From: a virus | Strand: one strand, 5' to 3' | Length of the DNA stretch: 64,000 bases | IMG/VR virus record: IMGVR_UViG_3300045988_144274 | Coordinates: 1-64,000 of that record | In this document: piece by piece, positions 8,305-19,216 of the stretch | Layout: each line of letters starts with the position of its first letter | Numbering within the stretch: the first letter of the stretch is position 1 | The notes under the pieces: generated by a model | What the model saw: only the letters and a program-made list of their open reading frames with translations | Databases searched by the model: none | Told to the model about the DNA's origin: nothing | Translations under genes and position numbers: made by a program

Positions 8305-11300
8305 TTATTGTATAAATATTGGGTTAGTTAAATCAATTATTTCATCCTTTTCCATCAGGTTCTTTAGGAAGTTAATCTGTAATAATGGTATGGTTTTAGG
8401 ATAGAGGATTAGTTTGTAGAATACCATATTAGCAAATCCTGCATTACCATCGCCAGCGATACATATTCCATTTGTATCTTGTTCACTTCCTCTAGTTATA
8501 ACATTACCGTTATAATTTGTAGGAGTAATAAAAGATATATTGTCCGGTAGTTCTCCTTCCATAATGTCAGTTCTTTTATAGAAAACAAAATTATATGCTT
8601 TATCCCATTCAAGTAACAAAGCATTTCCATTGCCTCCTTCATACACTTTACTTCCTTTTATTAAAGGACAACCCTGTTTTTTTAGCCATTCCCTTTTTAT
8701 TATTGCTGTAAAATCATCAAGTGCGGGAATATTGGCGTTCTTACTATAATCAGTTATTCCGTCATATACTAGACCATTTTCATATTCAGGAAGAACTTCG
8801 ATAGTAATATCACAATCAAATTCTTTAACTCCTTCGGAAATAGGAGTTACTGTAAATCCTACCCATACACCATTATGTAATGAATCACTTGGAATATAAG
8901 ACTTGGGTAATTCATGAGTACCATTTTCTAAAACCGCTATGGTTTCAGAGATAGCATCTTCTGTTTTTAAATACCTATACCATAATTTACTTTTTCCTTC
9001 AAGTCCACTTACTTTAATTTTAAAAGAAGGTATTTCTTTAACATTAAGAAGAGAACCATTTAGTTTTACATAACTAAACAGTAAACCGTTACCTGCAATT
9101 AACGCTTTAGTGATATGTAATTTATTATCCTCAATATTCCATGTAAAATTCCCTGTTGACATTTGTTCCCAATTTTTATTAGCACCAAACACAACAGGGT
9201 AACCATTATATCCACTCATACCTTCGTAAGCATGATTATAATTAGTTAAATCATAATCACCTATGGCTATACCTCTCTGTTGAATAGTGTCTTTATCAGC
9301 ATCAGAGTTAGTCTTACCATAAGCGTCCCAATAATAAGGCGGTAATTCTACTTTAGCTTCAACGCCCACATACTCGTTCAATTCCTGTATCTTGTCATCT
9401 GTTGATATTTCATCGAAGAGCATGAAGTCGTAGAGAGACATTTTTAAGAAGTTCTCTAAAGAATATCTACAACCAATATAAGGAATACCACTTGCATTAT
9501 TGAATTGACTAGTAATATTGTGAGTTATATCCTTTAAATCACCGGAAGTAAGATTTGCATTTAAAATTCCATCTATATATGTTTTAGAGGCATTTTCATA
9601 GGCTATTTGTTCTTTGTTTCCCTTGATGATAAAGTTTCTATATTCTCCTGTATTACTATCATACATATAACCCGGAGCATCATAATCATTCTGCCAATTC
9701 ACCTTCATCAACACCTGCTTACCACCACTAAACAAAGTAGGAATAGTAACAAAGTCGTTTACACCATCGAACTGGTATGAACCATCTTCATTAACTCCAC
9801 TACCTTTTGCATAAACAGAATTATGAATGACACCATGATTACCATGACCTGATATATCGGGGATATAACCTAAAATCTTATATGAACTATTGGGTATTCT
9901 TAATAATCTAGGAGATAAGATTACTTTTGGTTCATTGTTGTCAATTAGATATTTAAATGGCATATTCCAACTAAAGACCATCTCTTTGGCAACAACTCCG
10001 GGCTTAATACCCCAATTTAATACTTCTCCATTATATAATACATTACCTTGCCATTCGTACATATTAGGTAATAAGTTAACTACGTCACCCTTAAACCTAG
10101 CACCTAGTTTTAGTTTACTTCCCCAACTATATACCTCTTCTGTATCATAATCAATAAGAGTAAATAAAGATGGATACGGCTGCACAATATCCTCGTATCT
10201 GATGTACTCGTCAATAGTGATGTCTATCTTTTGAGGGGACTTGGAAGTTAGATTGAAATCATATTGATATATATTATTATTAGCATCATGAAATTTAAAA
10301 GTAGCTGGAATTCCATTAACAGTAATAGATTTTATTTCATTAACAGGACTACTACTTAAACGTATGTGCATACCAATAGAAGAACCAACCGTAAGATAAG
10401 TCCCATTTTCTACTTTCTCATTTTTATAATAAAATACGATATTGTCATACGAAGTATTACTCTTAATAACAGGTCTAAATTCAACCATATTAGGATATAG
10501 AGTACCCAGCTTGTGCTTCTTCAACTGGCGCTCTATCAAGAACTCGGACATGCTATAAGGGAAGGACATGAGAGAGTAGATAGCTCCGTTGAAGAAACGA
10601 TGATCATTATCTCGAATCGTGCCTAACCACATATCAGTGCCATCTTCTGCTGCACCTGCTGTTATAGATTGCCCGCAATAAGAGTATTTAGATAAATAAG
10701 ATATACTTCTAGTAGAAATAAAATTTAGACGAGAAGTAGCTTGACCAAAACTATAAACACTATTTCCGGCAGTTTCCACAAATGCTCCCGGATTATTCTT
10801 TGACGATATAGCTCCAGTATTAGCAAATATTTCTCTATCGGTTACTACCGTATAATCCTTGTAAATCGGCATTCCTGTCACCTTACCGAAGTCATTTACT
10901 CCGTCAAGGCATAGACCACCTGCGTGGGAGGGAATCTGGGTGATGGTTATTATGTTGGCTTCGTTCTTTACAACTTGAAATCCCGAAGTATTACTAATTT
11001 GAGGCTTGGCAGTTCTGAAATCAGATGGTAATGTATAATCTCCGTCTTTAGTTATCGAATAAACATTACTTTGTCCGTTTGAATCATAATATCTATAAAT
11101 CAACTCTTGACCTTCTAATAAACCTTTTACTTGGATTTTAAAAGAAGGCATATCGACACTATTGGTTAGTTCTGTATTAGCAAATATTATCCATCCTGAT
11201 AAACCATTATAACTACTACTAAAAGGAGAAGAAGTTGTTTCTTTACTTTGAGTCCATATACTTGTATTAGAAAGTTCTGTCTCATACTTCCCAATACCTG

Positions 11301-12486
11301 AATCCCCCTTCCAAGCAATATTGTTCAACTGAATATCTCTACCATTACCTGAAAAGTCAATCAGCTTGTCGCCAAACTCTGCGTGGTTCTCGTTGGTGAT
11401 TCCCTGCTTAGCAATATTGCAATAGATGTCAGATTTGAGCGTTCTATCCAAGTTGAAGTAGGCTATTACTTGGTTGATTTGGTCGGTAGTCAGTACCTTG
11501 TTGGCGATGATTGTCCAGTACCAAGCGACAGAGCTAAAATCACCAGTATTATTACCGTCATTATACGAATATCCTTGAACGCTAAAATTGCCATTGATTA
11601 TGGAGTCTCTATTGTCACCATTAGCTGTATAATCATTCTTATCGCCTAATATATTATTTACAACTGACAAACCTATTAAGTCAGAAGAAGTATATCCATA
11701 TATTCCAGTCTTGTCGTAGTTATTCACGATATTACGGAAATAGCCATTGGCACTACCTCTTATATAATTGGTAAAAGATACATTATTAACTGAATCTTTA
11801 ACCTGATGAATCATACTCACCACCGTAATCTCATTACTTCCTCCCAGCATCTCCTGTACGGTCTTGGTGGAAGTAATCAGGTCGTTGATTCCATCGGTTA
11901 CGAATGCGCCTTCAAAAGAGGGGATTTGCTCGATAGTAATCTCGCTATCTCCTGATATGTAAGCAAAGCCTATATTGTACGTTTGTCCATCGTCCTTCGC
12001 ATAGCTTTTCGGAAGAGTATTTATACCAGAAGTCAGTCTTATTTCCGACCTAGTAGTATCATCAGGATTTGCTATATACCAATATATTAATTCGGTAACA
12101 TTCCCGATGATGTTTACTTTCATTTCATCAACTTCAATAGCCGTATGATTGCACAGCCTACCGTTGAGTGATATAGTGGCTTTGTTGTGTTGTTTTTGGC
12201 TTATGTTGACAGCCCAATCAAAAGATTCGAAATCTGCACTATACTTTCCAAACCCGCTATTGAGCTTGAAAGCGGTATTACTTATGATGAACGGATTACT
12301 AGCATCAACCAGATTCTTAACTATAGAACGGTCAGCATCATTATTAGATTTACCATAAGCAGAAGCAACAACACGTAATGAATCTAATACGTCTTTTTCA
12401 ATGTAGGGCTTACTAGTAGCCCTACAGTATTGATTTGGTATACCAAAATCAATACCAATGCCTATACCTTTAGCCCCACCAATCAT
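8305..12486 (-). CDS. Giant tail fibre / receptor-binding protein with repeated LamG-like modules
   Basis: 1393 aa. Recurrent module ...L.Y.Y...LP.S...I..IP...G....DG(V/I)(N/T)D(F/Y/L), seen as FVTDGINDL, LCLDGVNDF, YQFDGVNDF, LVYDGITDY. Confidence 0.7.
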   Translation of the reverse strand: MIGGAKGIGIGIDFGIPNQYCRATSKPYIEKDVLDSLRVVASAYGKSNNDADRSIVKNLVDASNPFIISNTAFKLNSGFGKYSADFESFDWAVNISQKQHNKATISLNGRLCNHTAIEVDEMKVNIIGNVTELIYWYIANPDDTTRSEIRLTSGINTLPKSYAKDDGQTYNIGFAYISGDSEITIEQIPSFEGAFVTDGINDLITSTKTVQEMLGGSNEITVVSMIHQVKDSVNNVSFTNYIRGSANGYFRNIVNNYDKTGIYGYTSSDLIGLSVVNNILGDKNDYTANGDNRDSIINGNFSVQGYSYNDGNNTGDFSSVAWYWTIIANKVLTTDQINQVIAYFNLDRTLKSDIYCNIAKQGITNENHAEFGDKLIDFSGNGRDIQLNNIAWKGDSGIGKYETELSNTSIWTQSKETTSSPFSSSYNGLSGWIIFANTELTNSVDMPSFKIQVKGLLEGQELIYRYYDSNGQSNVYSITKDGDYTLPSDFRTAKPQISNTSGFQVVKNEANIITITQIPSHAGGLCLDGVNDFGKVTGMPIYKDYTVVTDREIFANTGAISSKNNPGAFVETAGNSVYSFGQATSRLNFISTRSISYLSKYSYCGQSITAGAAEDGTDMWLGTIRDNDHRFFNGAIYSLMSFPYSMSEFLIERQLKKHKLGTLYPNMVEFRPVIKSNTSYDNIVFYYKNEKVENGTYLTVGSSIGMHIRLSSSPVNEIKSITVNGIPATFKFHDANNNIYQYDFNLTSKSPQKIDITIDEYIRYEDIVQPYPSLFTLIDYDTEEVYSWGSKLKLGARFKGDVVNLLPNMYEWQGNVLYNGEVLNWGIKPGVVAKEMVFSWNMPFKYLIDNNEPKVILSPRLLRIPNSSYKILGYIPDISGHGNHGVIHNSVYAKGSGVNEDGSYQFDGVNDFVTIPTLFSGGKQVLMKVNWQNDYDAPGYMYDSNTGEYRNFIIKGNKEQIAYENASKTYIDGILNANLTSGDLKDITHNITSQFNNASGIPYIGCRYSLENFLKMSLYDFMLFDEISTDDKIQELNEYVGVEAKVELPPYYWDAYGKTNSDADKDTIQQRGIAIGDYDLTNYNHAYEGMSGYNGYPVVFGANKNWEQMSTGNFTWNIEDNKLHITKALIAGNGLLFSYVKLNGSLLNVKEIPSFKIKVSGLEGKSKLWYRYLKTEDAISETIAVLENGTHELPKSYIPSDSLHNGVWVGFTVTPISEGVKEFDCDITIEVLPEYENGLVYDGITDYSKNANIPALDDFTAIIKREWLKKQGCPLIKGSKVYEGGNGNALLLEWDKAYNFVFYKRTDIMEGELPDNISFITPTNYNGNVITRGSEQDTNGICIAGDGNAGFANMVFYKLILYPKTIPLLQINFLKNLMEKDEIIDLTNPIFIQ

Positions 12487-12752
12487 TGTATATAACCTAT
12501 AAATATTCTATAATTTGAAAGCATATCATCTGTAACAACAATGTTGTTTAATGCAATAGGATTCCAAACGCAAGTTAACAGAGGCAAAGCTAAATTTTCT
12601 TTCTTACTCTGATATGTAGGTAGACCATCTACAATAATCACATTGCTAGCATCCTCTGATTTCGGATATAAGAAAACATAGTAAGGTTTTATATCAATAA
12701 ATGTTTCTACCTTTTCTAATTCTATAATGTTGTTTATGATATTCGTGTACAT
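12483..12752 (-). CDS. Hypothetical protein
   Basis: ORF overlaps its neighbours by 4 nt (translational-coupling pattern). Confidence 0.5.
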   Translation of the reverse strand: MYTNIINNIIELEKVETFIDIKPYYVFLYPKSEDASNVIIVDGLPTYQSKKENLALPLLTCVWNPIALNNIVVTDDMLSNYRIFIGYIQ

Positions 12753-12754
12753 AG

Positions 12755-14314
12755 TTATTCCTCCTTTTTATTATTATTATCTTGTTCTGAATATTTTTGA
12801 GATATTATCAATGCCTGTTCCTGTTGGTATAGTTGCTCATCTATTTTATTTTGCTTTTCTTTTTCAAGTCTAGCTTTCTCATCCGGTTTTGCGTCAGGGT
12901 TCATTTCACTGGCAGTTTCAACAGAAAGAAATCCTGATGTAACTCCTGTTTGTAATCTTGTTACAATATCAGTTTCAGATTGAGGTCTATATACTTTGAA
13001 TTTAGCGTTAATATGTAAGTTGTCGAAATCCGTAATAGCACTGGGTTGAATTTGTGAGACTACAAGTTCTTTTGCTAATCCTTGTTTGAATAGACGAACC
13101 ATTTTATCCGCAACATTTTGCCATTCTATTACACCTTTTGATGCATTCTCAATATCCATTGATTGAGTAAGCATTATAGCAACACCTGATATATCTCCTG
13201 TTGTCTTTACATCTTTAGGGAGCAAGAACGTTGTACTGGAATTTTTCTGTATAGTTTCCTCCATTAACTGCAAAGTATCTATCGTTCCCTGTGGTGATGG
13301 TGGAGTTAAAAATTTAGCATCATCCGTATTTGCTTCTTGACTATATGATGTGTTTTTACTGTTTAAGATAACTGAACCTGCTATCTTCTTTCCATTGTTT
13401 TCAAAATCTCCTTTTATATATAATATTCCCCATCCATGTCTCTTTTGAATTACAAGGAAGATATTGTATAATATTTCATAAGCCTCAATAACACTTTGAG
13501 CATTTTCCCATGCGACCTTTCCTCTTTTAGTTATTAAAGGGATTTCTGTAAAACCATGAGCCTTTGGTGCTAGACGTCTCCATCCATTATCATCTACGTT
13601 AGTATTATCTCTTATCATGCGATAAAAATAAGTATCATCGTATGAATCAATATATTCTACATCATCAATCTTATAATAAACGCTTTCTAATATACGGTCG
13701 CCATTATCATCGTCATGCGGACATAAGACATAGCCATCCATATAGGATAATATACGGGATTTTATTCTATTGTTTTTATCAAAATAATATAAAAGTCCTA
13801 CATCACCAACTGATTTTTGAACGTCAACCATTTTGGTTTTCATTCCGTCTTGGTTTCTTAAATCCCAATACTGTTTAAAGGTAACAAAGTCAGCTCTTTG
13901 TTTTTCATCAGGATTGGCATCCATAAGAGTAAAAGACATTGGAAGTCCGCATAAATGTTGTACCTGCTTGTCTTTAATATTTTGTTGGAAAGAAACCGCC
14001 ATTTTCTTATATTGAACCTCAACAAAGCCACCATTATCAAGTTTCATCGTAATAGAAGGTATGTTCTGATCGTATAAAACCTTATGGTTTTCAGGCTCTA
14101 ATTCCATCAAATACTCATCTTGCGTAATAACACGTTTTTTTAATTGAGGAAGAGTAACCGAAATCATATCTGTAAATCCGGCTCTTTTCAAATAATTATT
14201 CAGTGTATTGTTACATACACACGATGTATCATAACCTCGAAAAAAAGGTTTCTTTTGTAGTATCTTTTCAGGGTTATTCAATAATTCTTGTACTTGTTCT
14301 GAAATTTCACTCAT
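12755..14314 (-). CDS. Portal protein
   Basis: 519 aa, downstream of the terminase. Size, acidic C-terminus and general resemblance to SPP1 gp6-type portals (from memory). Confidence 0.65.
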   Translation of the reverse strand: MSEISEQVQELLNNPEKILQKKPFFRGYDTSCVCNNTLNNYLKRAGFTDMISVTLPQLKKRVITQDEYLMELEPENHKVLYDQNIPSITMKLDNGGFVEVQYKKMAVSFQQNIKDKQVQHLCGLPMSFTLMDANPDEKQRADFVTFKQYWDLRNQDGMKTKMVDVQKSVGDVGLLYYFDKNNRIKSRILSYMDGYVLCPHDDDNGDRILESVYYKIDDVEYIDSYDDTYFYRMIRDNTNVDDNGWRRLAPKAHGFTEIPLITKRGKVAWENAQSVIEAYEILYNIFLVIQKRHGWGILYIKGDFENNGKKIAGSVILNSKNTSYSQEANTDDAKFLTPPSPQGTIDTLQLMEETIQKNSSTTFLLPKDVKTTGDISGVAIMLTQSMDIENASKGVIEWQNVADKMVRLFKQGLAKELVVSQIQPSAITDFDNLHINAKFKVYRPQSETDIVTRLQTGVTSGFLSVETASEMNPDAKPDEKARLEKEKQNKIDEQLYQQEQALIISQKYSEQDNNNKKEE

Positions 14315-14882
14315 TGTCTTTTTCTACTAGGTTATATTTTTTCATTAAATCTTCTTTTGTGGGGACTGAAATTTCTCGCCCACAATATTCGCATATAGAA
14401 TTGAATTTTTGATTGACAATGATAAATTGCATAATATCTTCATTGCCCGAATCCAATTTGTTATCAAGTTTATTGCGTAAATCAGCTTGCATTTTTAGAC
14501 TATCTTTCTTGTCTATTAAACCGTCATTTTCTGCTTGCTTGATTTCATCAATCAAAGCAATAATAGCTGCTTTATTTTCTTCCTTGCTTATATCTGCTTC
14601 TATCTTTGAAACGACAAGAGACTCTTTTGATTTATCTTCATCTTTTTTCTTTTGGTTACTAGCAATATACATTTTCAAGAACTCAATTTTTTTGCTTGTA
14701 TCATACTTCCTAATACTATCTTCGTCAGCATCCTTATCGAAAATAGATTTATAAGCTACAACAGAGCTGCAATATTCAAAGAATAAGATAACATACGATA
14801 TGTCTCTTACTGTCACTTCATGCTTCATCTTAGAAGCATCCTTAATTGTATTTTCTATATCTTTAACTGTCATTACGCCCAA
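14307..14882 (-). CDS. Hypothetical protein between terminase and portal (C-terminal CxxC)
   Basis: 191 aa, charged coiled coil, CEYCG motif. Overlaps both neighbours. Confidence 0.5.
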   Translation of the reverse strand: MGVMTVKDIENTIKDASKMKHEVTVRDISYVILFFEYCSSVVAYKSIFDKDADEDSIRKYDTSKKIEFLKMYIASNQKKKDEDKSKESLVVSKIEADISKEENKAAIIALIDEIKQAENDGLIDKKDSLKMQADLRNKLDNKLDSGNEDIMQFIIVNQKFNSICEYCGREISVPTKEDLMKKYNLVEKDNE

Positions 14883-16483
14883 AAACTATCGTTATAAATT
14901 TCAAGATTTGTCTCTCCGGTTTTTCTATCGTTTCTTTTGATAGAAGTTTTTTCTAGCTCATCTCCTTTTTGATATTGGAGAACAGGCAAAAATCTCATAG
15001 CTATTGGATCTAACACGTCCATTGAACGTCCTCGACCAAGCATTTGATTCATCTCTTTTTTAGATGCTAATCGTTTCCTTCCTGTCCCTTGTTCATTAAA
15101 ACGCACTACTGAACATTCTTCAACAAATTCATCAAAAACAGTAATTTCGTCTTTCATTTTTTCATGGGTATACATTTTGGAAGCAACCTTATCACTAAAA
15201 GATATGCCTTTTTCATTCACATGGTAAACAACTCTATCGTAGCATTCATCTTTTAATGTGCAGAAGGCTCTAAAATAAACACCCATAGTTTTACTATATG
15301 ATATGAAAGGTATAGCATCAGGTAAATAATCATTGATATAAGCACCATTATTGCCGTCAAATATGATATGAGTGTCGGGAATATTATATTTAGCTCCTAG
15401 TATTTGTAGTGTATTCGCATTTTGTTGTGGCGTTGAATGTCCCAATACTACAATATCTATAATGTGAAATCCATCCCATACCAATGCAACGAAATTATCT
15501 TTTCCTGTATCTGCCAAGTCAGCAGTAATCCACCTATCGCCATTAATTTGTGGGTCTGCCAATTTTATTTCACGAGCTTTATAGAATGAGATAGGTGCTT
15601 CTGAATCATCATCTTCGTCCACATTCCAATTACCTTCCAATAGTATTTGACCTCTTTTCCCACCAGATGCAGCAACACTACCAATATAATCTTTATTGTT
15701 TTCTAATGAAGCCTTGTTTTCAGAAATATTACCCAAAATAAAGGAAAAGGACTTTATAAGATTTTCGTAAGTGAATACCTCCTTACCTTTATTGACTGCA
15801 TTTAGCTTTCGATCAATATCTATTTTGCATTGTCTATAAACATCTTCTTTAGATTCACCCCATATAACAGAATCGACAGTTTCTCCTGTGACATAAAAAT
15901 ACATAACCTTTCTATCCATTTCTGGACGAATAAATCCATCTACCCCTATATAGTGTTTTAAGAAAATACGCAGCCAATGATTTTTTTTAGGATTTGTCGT
16001 ACCTCTGATTTTTGAACCGATTCCAGCTTTTCCACGATTACGAGTAATAATAGTATTGAATGTGCTCCAATCGTATGATGTCAACTCATCTAGGTATACT
16101 AAATCATATTGCCATCCTTTTACACGTTCCATCAGTTTCTTGGGATTCTCATCCGCTAAGTGCGTCAAATCTATAAATGCTTTTGATTTAAAAGTAATGC
16201 GAGGGCTGTCGGACTCTTTAACATTAGCAAATTTTCCATAAACAGCTTGTATGTCATCCAACATACCGCCTCCTACTTTTGTTTCTCCCAAGTTACGTCT
16301 AGTAAATACAGCACGAAATTCAGGTATTTTTACCCATTCCGCTACAGATAGAATTGCTCCAAAAGACTTACCACAGTTGAGAACTCCGCCATAGAAGCAG
16401 ACATCTACATTTGAACGGACAAAAGCTTCTTGTCCGCCTTCTTGTGGTTTAAATATTTTGGGTTCAACTTTTAAATCTGACAT
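14873..16483 (-). CDS. terL: Terminase large subunit
   Basis: Walker A-like FYGGVLNCGKSF, Walker B-like DLVYLDELT, 536 aa, adjacent to the portal. Confidence 0.85.
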   Translation of the reverse strand: MSDLKVEPKIFKPQEGGQEAFVRSNVDVCFYGGVLNCGKSFGAILSVAEWVKIPEFRAVFTRRNLGETKVGGGMLDDIQAVYGKFANVKESDSPRITFKSKAFIDLTHLADENPKKLMERVKGWQYDLVYLDELTSYDWSTFNTIITRNRGKAGIGSKIRGTTNPKKNHWLRIFLKHYIGVDGFIRPEMDRKVMYFYVTGETVDSVIWGESKEDVYRQCKIDIDRKLNAVNKGKEVFTYENLIKSFSFILGNISENKASLENNKDYIGSVAASGGKRGQILLEGNWNVDEDDDSEAPISFYKAREIKLADPQINGDRWITADLADTGKDNFVALVWDGFHIIDIVVLGHSTPQQNANTLQILGAKYNIPDTHIIFDGNNGAYINDYLPDAIPFISYSKTMGVYFRAFCTLKDECYDRVVYHVNEKGISFSDKVASKMYTHEKMKDEITVFDEFVEECSVVRFNEQGTGRKRLASKKEMNQMLGRGRSMDVLDPIAMRFLPVLQYQKGDELEKTSIKRNDRKTGETNLEIYNDSFWA

Positions 16484-16546
16484 GACTAAACTATTTTATG
16501 CAAAAATACTATTCTAAATCTTCTGCTTTTTTAATATTAGAAAAAC

Positions 16547-16566
16547 TTAGTACACCGGTGTACTAA
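16547..16566. promoter_or_regulatory. Perfect 20-bp palindrome TTAGTACACC|GGTGTACTAA in the divergent terminase/scaffold intergenic region
   Basis: Self-complementary by inspection. Contains the 8-mer TAGTACAC on both strands; the same 8-mer recurs at 28699-28706 and 28729-28736. Confidence 0.6.
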
Positions 16567-16645
16567 ATAGTTCCCTTATTTCATGGGATAACTTAGTTTA
16601 TTCCTTTATTTTGTGTGCAAATTATTAACATAACTTAGAGGAATT

Positions 16646-17266
16646 ATGAAGTTTACAAAAGAACAAGCCGTTGAACAACTCAAAGGCTTACTGACAGAAG
16701 GTGGGAAAACCCTGCATTTGTCAGACAGAACAATTAATGAGAATATAGATGACCTAATTCCATTATTGGTAAATGATGAAACTGAACTTTCTGATTTTAT
16801 AAGTAAGGCATTACCTTTTGTAAAAAGGACAAATGCAAACTTTGAAAAAGAAAAGGCAGATTTTATTAAGAGCTATAAACCCACTCAATCTCAAACTACA
16901 CAGCAGCAACAGTCTAAAACTCCGCCTACTGATGACGATGCCTTATCGCAATTACAAGCGCAGATACAGCAGTTGCAAGACAAAATAGAAAGAGAAGAAA
17001 AGGAAAAAGCTCTATCGCAAGTAAGGAAAAACTTTAAGTCTGAATTGAAATCCGCTGGGATTAAGGATGATAAGTGGATTGACACTTACATTTCTAAAAT
17101 TCAAATTTCGGAAGATTTAGATATAAAGGAAGAAGCGAAGTCTACATTAGAATTATACAACCTTTCCAGAGTTGATATACCTGATGGGACAACCCCTTAC
17201 AAGCCTATTGGTGGTGATCCCTCTAAGAGTAAGATAAGTTGGGATGATGTTAAAAATGAAAAATAA
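16646..17266 (+). CDS. Scaffolding-like protein
   Basis: 206 aa, Gln-rich and charged coiled coil. First gene of the head module, upstream of the capsid genes. Confidence 0.45.
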   Translation: MKFTKEQAVEQLKGLLTEGGKTLHLSDRTINENIDDLIPLLVNDETELSDFISKALPFVKRTNANFEKEKADFIKSYKPTQSQTTQQQQSKTPPTDDDALSQLQAQIQQLQDKIEREEKEKALSQVRKNFKSELKSAGIKDDKWIDTYISKIQISEDLDIKEEAKSTLELYNLSRVDIPDGTTPYKPIGGDPSKSKISWDDVKNEK

Positions 17267-17281
17267 AAAAATTATAAGAAT

Positions 17282-18025
17282 ATGGTAGAAAATCTTTTAA
17301 ATACGACCGCAGCCGTAATGTATGGTAGAACCATGTTACAGGGGAGTGGTATTATCGGAGGTACTAGAGAAGTCTTTGTGCCGAGAGTATGCGTATTGAA
17401 TGACCAAGTATTCCCTCAAACTGGTGGTATTATCAAGAATCCGTTTAAAACAGGCGGTAAGATGTACGCAGGTGATTTGGTAGAATATCATTGGAATGGT
17501 AATGGTGTCGCTAATAGTCACGAAAATGCAGAAGTGATTCTTTTGAAGGTATTTGAAGTTCAGGCAGCTACTGGTTCTTCCGATACAACAGTATATATAA
17601 AAAGAGATGGTTTCAGACATAAACCTTGTGTAGGTGATGTTTTAATGAAAGCTCCTGATGATTTTGCTACGACAGGTACAGCAGTCACAGTTTCAGCAGT
17701 AGAGGCAACAACTAATACAAAAGAAAATGTATGGAAATTAACGTTGTCTGCAACTCTTGGAACATTGGCAAAAAATGATATTTTGGTTGAAGCTGCCGAA
17801 GCTGGTTCCGGTAAAAAGATGCTTGTTCAGAATCCGAATGCTGTTCTTCCTTGTGATTTGGATTTGAAATATAGACCTGCAACAGATGAAGATGATGAGG
17901 AAGGAGCTACGTATATGGTTACACCTGCATTGCACGCAACAATGTACACCTATTTGATGTCTCCGATCCCTCCGGCTGTTAAAACTATTAACAAGTCAAG
18001 AATTGATGGTTGGTTTGAAATTTAA
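17282..18025 (+). CDS. Head protein (decoration or auxiliary capsid protein; uncertain)
   Basis: Lies between the scaffold-like and major-capsid-like genes. Confidence 0.35.
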   Translation: MVENLLNTTAAVMYGRTMLQGSGIIGGTREVFVPRVCVLNDQVFPQTGGIIKNPFKTGGKMYAGDLVEYHWNGNGVANSHENAEVILLKVFEVQAATGSSDTTVYIKRDGFRHKPCVGDVLMKAPDDFATTGTAVTVSAVEATTNTKENVWKLTLSATLGTLAKNDILVEAAEAGSGKKMLVQNPNAVLPCDLDLKYRPATDEDDEEGATYMVTPALHATMYTYLMSPIPPAVKTINKSRIDGWFEI

Positions 18026-18039
18026 AGAAAATAAGAAGT

Positions 18040-19215
18040 ATGTCAAGATTCGATTTTAATAATAGTAGATATGCGGCTTTTTTCCGTAGCGGAGAAGGTC
18101 AGCAAATACTCCGTGATTATATTGATAATTCAGGAATGATTAATATCAATTATAATTGGTGGAGAAATCAATTTGCAGTTAATCCTGAAGTAACTCCTAC
18201 CGATTCTTCTGGTAAGGCTAGCTTCATGGTTCAAGCATCTGAAAATCGTGCTGCTGGTGTTTTGGATATGCGTGCTCCATTAGGTAAGGCACATCCGTAT
18301 AAAAAGGAAGGAATTTCTTTCTATACAGGAACAATCCCCGACTTTACATCAGATGCTATTGCTGAAACAGCAATGGAACGTATGTATAAGGAAAAATATT
18401 TTGCAGAATTTGGGAATGATGCTAAATTTATCAGAGAATGGACTAAAAGAGTCCAAGACTTGATTGATGCTAAAGACCAAACTGCAAATTATATGTGCGC
18501 TCAACTTCAGACAGAAGGTTATGTTAAGTATGATATTGGTCGAGGTATCAAAGGCATTAAACAAAAAGCCGCTATTCCAGAAGAAAACTTTGTAAAGGCA
18601 GGAGAAAAAGTGTGGACTGCTCCCGATGCTAAATTATTCTCTCAAATGGCAATTATTGAAGATGGATTTAGACAAAGAACAGGATTTACTGGTGCGATGA
18701 AATGGCTTATCCCAAAGAAAATGTACAGTGATGTATTTCTGCATAATGCGGAAGTCAAACAGTGGATAAACTATTTGCGTAATTTGAACACAAATAGCCC
18801 AATGGAAGCCCCAGATATTCCTGTTGTTCTGAAAAAACAATTCGATGATGCTGTTGCAGCATTTGATGGTCTTTCTCCTATCGAAATTGTAGTAGAGGAA
18901 GAAAAGAATAAGGATTGGAAAGGTGATACTACTGTTAATGGTTGGGCTGCAAACGTTGCTGTACTTCGTCCAGTCGGATATGCAGGTCTTATTATGCATA
19001 CAACTAGTTTAGACCAAGAGATGGCTAATATGGCGGGTAATAACGTTGTGTCACAGGCTTTTGCTCCAATTGATGGATTCTCGCTTATCCATAATGCTGA
19101 AATGGTAGATGGTGAATATAAGTCATGGAATACTCGTTTGATTACGTCATTTATTCCTGCTTTAACAGAGTTCCCGGAACATATTATTGTTGATACAGCA
19201 ACAGCAGATTCTTAA
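18040..19215 (+). CDS. Major capsid protein (putative)
   Basis: 391 aa. Position in the head module after the scaffold, and before the head-tail joining genes. Confidence 0.55.
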   Translation: MSRFDFNNSRYAAFFRSGEGQQILRDYIDNSGMININYNWWRNQFAVNPEVTPTDSSGKASFMVQASENRAAGVLDMRAPLGKAHPYKKEGISFYTGTIPDFTSDAIAETAMERMYKEKYFAEFGNDAKFIREWTKRVQDLIDAKDQTANYMCAQLQTEGYVKYDIGRGIKGIKQKAAIPEENFVKAGEKVWTAPDAKLFSQMAIIEDGFRQRTGFTGAMKWLIPKKMYSDVFLHNAEVKQWINYLRNLNTNSPMEAPDIPVVLKKQFDDAVAAFDGLSPIEIVVEEEKNKDWKGDTTVNGWAANVAVLRPVGYAGLIMHTTSLDQEMANMAGNNVVSQAFAPIDGFSLIHNAEMVDGEYKSWNTRLITSFIPALTEFPEHIIVDTATADS

Positions 19216-19216
19216 T

